Positions 24,826 to 30,549 of a DNA stretch of 30,549 nucleotides are shown here, piece after piece; the stretch's first letter is position 1; every line of letters begins with the position of its first letter. Source of the DNA: a virus (Duplodnaviria > Caudoviricetes); the IMG/VR virus record IMGVR_UViG_3300037991_002528, positions 1 to 30,549 of that record; one strand, written 5' to 3'. The translations under genes were made by a program, and so were the position numbers. The notes beneath the pieces were generated by a model that did not search any database, had not been told where the DNA came from, and saw only the letters and a program-made list of their open reading frames with translations.

Positions 24826-25033
24826 GTGCTTGTCTCCTTGCGAGGATTCTTTCTACAAATTTCTTACCCTCTTTAGTACGACCATCGTATATTTTTTTCT
24901 TTCTTTTGAGTAAAGCCTTTTTACCCATAGCGTTTGGAGCCATATCAACTCCGCCGCCTGCAACTGAGTTTGCTGCAGCATCTTCCCATTGCTTAATGTA
25001 TTCGTTAAATGATTTTGTATATTTTGTTGCCAT
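24800..25033 (-). CDS. small hypothetical, possible head-internal protein
   Basis: KSFNEY..EDAAANSV..DGRTK. Confidence 0.75.
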   Translation of the reverse strand: MATKYTKSFNEYIKQWEDAAANSVAGGGVDMAPNAMGKKALLKRKKKIYDGRTKEGKKFVERILARRQAREASKKVT

Positions 25034-25614
25034 TATCTTTCTATATTAGTATGTGTAAAATACACTTTTTGTTTTGTCTTTTCGTGTATTGCCGTAAATA
25101 TATTTATACCTGCAAGATTACCAACTGGTACTTGAATGTTTTCATTTACGATAATATCACCTTCTTTAAATATTTCTTCGCCAGTATTTGGATGTGCTAA
25201 AGTATCTTTTAAGAAATATCTTCCTGGATTTAGTTCTTCAAAATCTGTAAGGTAATCCCTTGATTCATCTAAATCTAAATCATCTGTTATTTTATTTAAA
25301 ATTAAATCTACTGTTTCGTCGTTGAGCTGATCTTTTTCTTTTATAAGATAGAGAGCAGCTGCATAAGAAGCTAATCTTGATCTACCGCCTGGTATTTTTT
25401 CTAGTAATTTTTTGAGATTAAAAACTAATCTGTGGAATACAGTATAAGCTGATCTTTGTTCTGATCTTCCGAAGTCACGAACTTTAATAAGGTTCCTGCC
25501 CTTTTCATCTATGATGCCTAATTTGAATGCTTCAGTTTTATCGAATGGTGTAACAAATAATTTTAAAAACCTAAAAGCATAGGCGGTATCTGCTGCTCTA
25601 CTTAATAATCCCAT
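25033..25614 (-). CDS. conserved T4-like hypothetical protein
   Basis: FRFLKL..AFKLGIIDEKG..FHRLVFNLK..YAAALYLIKE. Confidence 0.85.
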   Translation of the reverse strand: MGLLSRAADTAYAFRFLKLFVTPFDKTEAFKLGIIDEKGRNLIKVRDFGRSEQRSAYTVFHRLVFNLKKLLEKIPGGRSRLASYAAALYLIKEKDQLNDETVDLILNKITDDLDLDESRDYLTDFEELNPGRYFLKDTLAHPNTGEEIFKEGDIIVNENIQVPVGNLAGINIFTAIHEKTKQKVYFTHTNIER

Positions 25615-25983
25615 TTATAATTCTCTTAATACTTCTATAATATATGGATCCATAGTAACTGAAACTTTTTCACCTTCAGGTAAGTAATTAAGATAAACTA
25701 AAAATGGTTTAAGATAGTGCCAATGTTCTTCATTGATCTTATACCACATCATCTTATTACAAGCTTCAATACCAAACACATTATATAATACTATAATATG
25801 ATTTAGTATAAGTCTTTCCTGGAGGTCTCCAGTTAACTCATATCGCTTTAATAATCTCTTTAGGTATTTAAATCTATTAAGGTCTTGTTTGAACTCATTG
25901 ACATCTAAACACTCTGGATTATTATACATTTTTGCCGCATATAATTTAAAATTCTTATGCGTCAATACATCAAAATTATCCAT
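25615..25983 (-). CDS. conserved T4-like hypothetical protein
   Basis: YNNPEC..DLNRFKYLKRLL..LILNHIIVLYNVFG. Confidence 0.85.
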   Translation of the reverse strand: MDNFDVLTHKNFKLYAAKMYNNPECLDVNEFKQDLNRFKYLKRLLKRYELTGDLQERLILNHIIVLYNVFGIEACNKMMWYKINEEHWHYLKPFLVYLNYLPEGEKVSVTMDPYIIEVLREL

Positions 25984-26012
25984 ACTATATTATATATACT
26001 TCTTTGAGTATA

Positions 26013-26510
26013 TTATGTTTCTAAAATAAATTGTGTTGATTTATTTAAAAATCTAACTTCCCAATTGTCATTATTATCATTACCAATATAACAATAATCG
26101 TATTTACCTTTATTCTCGCCTTCGATTATTTGCCATATATAAGCACCAAAGCCTGGTTTGACTCTTCTATCTTCTTCCGAAATTTTAGAAAAGGCAGCTT
26201 TTAATCTGTGCCTAGCGTTGAAAAACTGACCGTATTGGATTTCTTCACTTTTAAATACTTTTTCGTATTTCTTTTTAAGTTCTTTTAAATCTTTTGCAAG
26301 AACCATATTTGGCTTAGCAAGTTTCTTAAAAGGTATAATGCCTATTCCTAATACTTTTACTTTTCCACCATATACGTTTTCATCTTTCACACCAAAGTTT
26401 TTAGCTGAACGACCAGAGTGAATAACATTCACAGTCATTCCAGCACTAAGTTTCGCAATAGAAACTTTACCTTCAGTTAAAAACTTTTCTCTTGCCTGAA
26501 AGAAATCCAT
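26013..26510 (-). CDS. hypothetical, possible head-internal protein
   Basis: 165 aa; N-terminus ends FLTE. Confidence 0.8.
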   Translation of the reverse strand: MDFFQAREKFLTEGKVSIAKLSAGMTVNVIHSGRSAKNFGVKDENVYGGKVKVLGIGIIPFKKLAKPNMVLAKDLKELKKKYEKVFKSEEIQYGQFFNARHRLKAAFSKISEEDRRVKPGFGAYIWQIIEGENKGKYDYCYIGNDNNDNWEVRFLNKSTQFILET

Positions 26511-27154
26511 TAGTCTGCCTCGTTATCACCTTCGTAGTTTTTATCTACGTAATCAAAAAATTCTTTTTTCTTATCGCCTTCTAATTCAGCTGGTGATTTA
26601 ACTCCAAACTTCTTAAGTGCTGCATTAAAGAACTTCTGATATTTCTTTTGCTTTTCAGATTGCTCATCAGCTTCTTCTTTATCATCTTCAAGTTCTTCTT
26701 CATCAACCTCTTCAGTTTTAGCTTTCTTTTTATAAGCCTCTAATAGTTCTGGATATAGTTCTTCAATTTCATCTGAATCCACACCATGACCATCACTAGC
26801 TTGCATATAAGCTAGAATGTTTTTCTTATCTCCTGTGATGTCCATACCACCAAATCTATTTTTCTTAAATTTGATCTTGTATTTTCTTTCGTACTCAGGA
26901 ATTTTCTGGCCGGTATGGTCTACATCTATAGTTGCCTTACCCCTACCGGCTTTCAGCTTTTTTTCCTTGATGTTTGTTCCATCGTCTCTCATGCCTGACT
27001 TCTTCACAACATGTTTTCTTTTGAAGTCTTTCTCGCCGCCAGCTCTTGGCTCTTCGACTTCTTGAACTTCTTTCTTTTCTTTCTTGACTTTACCTTCCAA
27101 CACGTCTTTAACGGTGGAGGCAATTTCTAGTCCTTCTTTATCTTGTAGTTTCAT
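26510..27154 (-). CDS. K/E-rich hypothetical, possible head-internal protein
   Basis: 214 aa, highly charged, several (L/V/I)-x-E sites. Confidence 0.8.
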   Translation of the reverse strand: MKLQDKEGLEIASTVKDVLEGKVKKEKKEVQEVEEPRAGGEKDFKRKHVVKKSGMRDDGTNIKEKKLKAGRGKATIDVDHTGQKIPEYERKYKIKFKKNRFGGMDITGDKKNILAYMQASDGHGVDSDEIEELYPELLEAYKKKAKTEEVDEEELEDDKEEADEQSEKQKKYQKFFNAALKKFGVKSPAELEGDKKKEFFDYVDKNYEGDNEAD

Positions 27155-27158
27155 TTCG

Positions 27159-27482
27159 TTATCCTCCGTTAATTAAACCACTATGTACAACCATTTCCCA
27201 GGTGAATGCTGATACTAGACCAACTATAATCAACCAGAAAACTTTGTTAATTAATGCGACAGTGTTGGAATTACTACTAACCATGTTATCAACTCTGTCT
27301 AATCTATTTATAAGATTTTGTATCTGCTCTGATTGTTGTTTACTAAAACTTGTCAGAGTAGCTATCTTTTCTTCAGCTCTTGCGAGCATCACTATTGCTT
27401 CACCCATTTGATCTAACTTTTCTTCAATTCGATCAAGCCTTTGTGATTGTATTGTATATACTTGTCTTTGTTCGCTATCCAT
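27159..27482 (-). CDS. coiled-coil protein with C-terminal TM (holin-like candidate)
   Basis: RLDRIEEKLD heptads followed by one TM helix. Confidence 0.7.
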   Translation of the reverse strand: MDSEQRQVYTIQSQRLDRIEEKLDQMGEAIVMLARAEEKIATLTSFSKQQSEQIQNLINRLDRVDNMVSSNSNTVALINKVFWLIIVGLVSAFTWEMVVHSGLINGG

Positions 27483-27771
27483 TCTTTTTAATTATCCTAC
27501 ACTTTAATGGTGTTATACCCCTTACTAATCTATGATACTCACCTTTCGGTATATCGAATATCATACCTTCCTCTAATAAATATGGAAGACAACCTTCGTA
27601 TTGAAATTGCCAACCTTCACCTTCAAGTATTTCGACCTCTCTATCCTCATGGTCACGATGCCAAACATATTCTGCATCATCACGTTCTGGATCAAAAGAG
27701 CGAATAACTCCTTCTTTAGTATATTCTTCTATGAAAGGAAAATTCAGTTTACCAAAAATACCTACCGCCAC
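27475..27771 (-). CDS. small cupin-fold protein
   Basis: WHRD-x3-REV..EG..IPKGEYHR metal-ligand pattern. Confidence 0.75.
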   Translation of the reverse strand: MAVGIFGKLNFPFIEEYTKEGVIRSFDPERDDAEYVWHRDHEDREVEILEGEGWQFQYEGCLPYLLEEGMIFDIPKGEYHRLVRGITPLKCRIIKKNG

Positions 27772-28144
27772 CTTTCATTCCTAATTCTTTAGCATACCAT
27801 GGTAATCTACATGCCCAATAACCAGCTTTTGTCTTATCAGTCTTAGTATCACAATTGTGTCGACTTGCAAAGTTTCTTGCAGCATCTCTATCATTTATAT
27901 CTGCAGACAATCCACCTTTTTCATCGCCGAACTCAATCTTGATTACATTACCGGTATCTGGTTTTTTTACATATACCTGATATTTTTTTCCACCTGAACT
28001 ACGACTTGGTTTATCAAGCTCTACCTTTCTCCCGTCATATTCCGCTTCAGTAAGAGCTATCATTGGTTGTTCTAGTGGAACATATTTACCTTCATAGAGA
28101 GCATACCTCTCTTTCCATTCTGAAAAATTATTAACCGAATTCAT
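27749..28144 (-). CDS. conserved phage hypothetical protein
   Basis: KKYQVYVK..FGD..FASRHNC..AGYWAC. Confidence 0.8.
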   Translation of the reverse strand: MNSVNNFSEWKERYALYEGKYVPLEQPMIALTEAEYDGRKVELDKPSRSSGGKKYQVYVKKPDTGNVIKIEFGDEKGGLSADINDRDAARNFASRHNCDTKTDKTKAGYWACRLPWYAKELGMKGGGRYFW

Positions 28145-28862
28145 GACCTGCTACTCGCCTCATTTGTTTTACGAACTCATCAAAGCTCGGTTTTGTTTTA
28201 TATAATTTAATTGTCAAGTTATCTTTCTTCTTACCTTTGATTCTCCAGTTATAACCTTGTTCTTTATGTTCTGGTTTAGTTGTTTTTACAACTCTTCTTT
28301 TAAATCCAGCTTCAAATGGTTCAGGTTTACTACCTTTACCTTCATTTGCTATAACTTTTTTAAGAGTACCCTTAGGTGGTAATTGACCCATTCTTGTATA
28401 ATAGTTATAAGCTTTTTTTCTATCTTCTTGACCTTTTAATATTTTATCTATTTCTCTTTTTACACTTGGTGATAATTTATGTACACCTTTTGGTCCATCT
28501 ATTTTAAATCCAGGTCTTGGTTTACTTTTTACATTCATGTGTGTAAAACCCTCTTTAAATCCATATTTCTTTTTCAACATATTCATAGCAGTTGCGATCT
28601 TAACTGACTTCCAATCTTTACCATATCTTTTTTTGAAATCATTATCAGGTAAATCTTTAGCTAGTTTTTCTAATTCTTTTTCTCTTGCCGGAGTTAATTT
28701 AAAATCAGAAGCCTCTGATGCATTCTTAAAGTCTTGTGCAGTAGGTGCACCTTTCTCTCCAGGCTTTCTCATTCTTTTACCTGACTTTCTTCTCTTATGA
28801 ATATTATGCCATAGACCTTTACCTTCTTCGGCCATCGCATAGAATGTTTTAAATGCTATCAT
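28131..28862 (-). CDS. basic multi-module hypothetical, possible head-internal protein
   Basis: MIAFKTF..EE start; K-rich modules separated by x-x-E sites. Confidence 0.8.
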   Translation of the reverse strand: MIAFKTFYAMAEEGKGLWHNIHKRRKSGKRMRKPGEKGAPTAQDFKNASEASDFKLTPAREKELEKLAKDLPDNDFKKRYGKDWKSVKIATAMNMLKKKYGFKEGFTHMNVKSKPRPGFKIDGPKGVHKLSPSVKREIDKILKGQEDRKKAYNYYTRMGQLPPKGTLKKVIANEGKGSKPEPFEAGFKRRVVKTTKPEHKEQGYNWRIKGKKKDNLTIKLYKTKPSFDEFVKQMRRVAGHEFG

Positions 28863-29035
28863 ATACTTATATTCTTTTCTATTTCTTTTATTTCTTTATT
28901 TACTCTAGTCAATGCTTTCACAACTGCTTTAGCATTCATACCTTTTTTAAATGATTGTATTATTGCAGCCTTCTTGGTAAGTAACTCTGAATACTTACTA
29001 TAAGCATCTTCTGTAAATACATTAAATTTAATCAT
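28859..29035 (-). CDS. 58 aa hypothetical protein
   Basis: Not in track. MIKFNVFTEDAYSKY...; ATGA overlaps at both ends. Confidence 0.75.
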   Translation of the reverse strand: MIKFNVFTEDAYSKYSELLTKKAAIIQSFKKGMNAKAVVKALTRVNKEIKEIEKNISI

Positions 29036-29733
29036 TTTCCTCGTGAAGAGCCGCGTCTTCCACCACTCCTAAATCCTTTTTCTAAATCATACATAAAGGC
29101 TTTATTCTTTCCTTGTCCTTTTGTAGTAATCTTTAGACCAACTAATCTTGCAACATTATTTACGATTTCAAGATTACCTTTATCCATTTGTTTTAGTAAG
29201 AATGCATGTAAATCTTTTAAAACTACATCTAAGATATTAGTTTGATTTGCAACTAAAGCTGATCTTTCAATCAACATTATATTAACACCACCACCTTTTT
29301 TAAATGTGAACTTAGTGGCACCCATATCTCTAAATATTTGTTCAAATTCTTTTGCTCCTTTCATATAAGAAGCAACTCTTACTTCATAACCCTTTCCCTT
29401 TTTAGTAACTTTTTTAATTACTTTTGGTGAATAACCTCTGAGCTCTAATTCATTTTCAAGCTCAAATCTAAATTCATCAGGTGTTAATAAGTCTTGTAAA
29501 AACTTTTCTTCAAGTTCTACATCATCTTTAAGGAAGTCTAATGAGTTTACAACCTTTGCTAATATGTCTGGGTCAATAGCACTAATCGTATCTAGGTCTT
29601 TTCTTTTAAGTCCTTTGACACCTTTGATTCTATTGTAGATATTAGTATACCTGACTTCATTCAATGATTTCAAATCATCTTCTAATATCTGACCAATTGT
29701 TCTATAATCTTTACTCATAAAAACCTTTCCCAT
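29032..29733 (-). CDS. hypothetical, possible head-internal protein
   Basis: 233 aa; ILE, LNE and LEE sites. Confidence 0.8.
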   Translation of the reverse strand: MGKVFMSKDYRTIGQILEDDLKSLNEVRYTNIYNRIKGVKGLKRKDLDTISAIDPDILAKVVNSLDFLKDDVELEEKFLQDLLTPDEFRFELENELELRGYSPKVIKKVTKKGKGYEVRVASYMKGAKEFEQIFRDMGATKFTFKKGGGVNIMLIERSALVANQTNILDVVLKDLHAFLLKQMDKGNLEIVNNVARLVGLKITTKGQGKNKAFMYDLEKGFRSGGRRGSSRGK

Positions 29734-30226
29734 CTGATGTCATAAAATCAAACATCTTTTTAATAGCTGTTGCAAGACCATCGACTCTAACATCTTTACC
29801 TTGTACTGTTAATTTAACACCAGCCTTTTTACCATGAGGTTTAATTCTTTTCATGTGTTTAGCAAAATCTTGTAAAGTAACATTGATATAAGCTGGGTGA
29901 TCTATAGCTTCAAATAAGTTTTCACCATCATATTGATTTACATCTACTGATGCAAATGTAATTTTAGGCATTGGTAATTTAGCTAATTTAATTATCATAG
30001 ATTTATATTTTCCAACCCACTTCATTACAGGAGTGCTTGGTCCTACGATAATAAATTCATCTAAACCTAATTTTTCATATCTTGACTTATCCATTGGTCC
30101 ATTATAACCAAAGTTTTCTTTCTTTAATAGTCCTTCAAATTTTGATGTGTTCTGTGGGTGAACGGCACAACTAACTTTTACTAACTCTTTGAAGTTTTCG
30201 TTTACATATCCTTTAAATGATTTCAT
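29711..30226 (-). CDS. hypothetical, possible head-internal protein
   Basis: MKSFKGYVNE start; internal LFE separates two modules. Confidence 0.8.
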   Translation of the reverse strand: MKSFKGYVNENFKELVKVSCAVHPQNTSKFEGLLKKENFGYNGPMDKSRYEKLGLDEFIIVGPSTPVMKWVGKYKSMIIKLAKLPMPKITFASVDVNQYDGENLFEAIDHPAYINVTLQDFAKHMKRIKPHGKKAGVKLTVQGKDVRVDGLATAIKKMFDFMTSDGKGFYE

Positions 30227-30549
30227 TATAATCTCCCTGTTCCCTTGACTAATTGATCTAAATTATTATCTAGCCAGTCTATAAATTCATCAGGATCGTC
30301 GCCTCTAATCTCTGCGTTATCCATAGCCCAATTAACTAAATCTTCTTCAGCCTTATCTGATAATTCAAGATTACCAGTTCTTTGAGCTTTTTGTAATTCT
30401 CTTTTATGTTTACGTGTTATCATCTGTAATTCTCTATCTTCATTTACAGATTCTAAAGCATCTGGTGGAAGCTGTTCCATGAACTTACCCATTTTATTAT
30501 TAGGCCCTTCAAGATCAAGATTACTTAAACCACCTCTCTTTCTTTCTTT
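30226..30549 (-). CDS. hypothetical protein, 5'-partial
   Basis: Frame of track ORF 30226..30492 stays open to the window end. Confidence 0.75.
   Translation of the reverse strand, partial: KERKRGGLSNLDLEGPNNKMGKFMEQLPPDALESVNEDRELQMITRKHKRELQKAQRTGNLELSDKAEEDLVNWAMDNAEIRGDDPDEFIDWLDNNLDQLVKGTGRL

Noticed and set aside
3901-27312. Intragenic TATAAATA matches (3901, 6821, 17679, 25101, 27305)
   Set aside because: Expected by chance in AT-rich DNA and mostly far from starts; 25101 might be real but is unsupported.
1574-28800. All plus-strand track ORFs (e.g. 7874..8266, 10675..11007, 20712..21083)
   Set aside because: Antisense to well-supported genes, with no motifs and composition typical of reverse-frame shadows.

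Overview
A 30.5 kb segment of an AT-rich T4-like myovirus genome, probably marine and infecting a Gram-negative host. Every credible gene is on the minus strand. In transcription order (right to left) it holds: K/E-rich proteins with T4 internal-protein-like N-termini; a spanin pair; nrdA-nrdB-cytochrome c-glutaredoxin; a GIY-YIG nuclease, RNase H, a pyrimidine-dimer glycosylase, a PD-(D/E)XK nuclease and a HAD phosphatase; a fibre-like protein, a QueC-like ATPase and a lysozyme. Next comes a tightly packed ~7.6 kb cassette behind a TATAAATA late promoter: two small membrane proteins, csgF, csgG, curlin-like protein, FecR-domain protein, second curlin-like protein, iscU, iscA, a CHASE2 adenylate cyclase and an overlapping gene. 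The left end carries small early genes, tRNA-Glu(TTC) and an adjacent structured RNA candidate. The best candidate for a new system is the curli pore + FecR + CHASE2 cyclase cassette, read as a phage-encoded trans-envelope signalling module. Other notable items are a duplicated ~36 aa microprotein missed by the ORF track and a cytochrome c inside the RNR operon. All calls come from motif recognition by eye; no searches were run.
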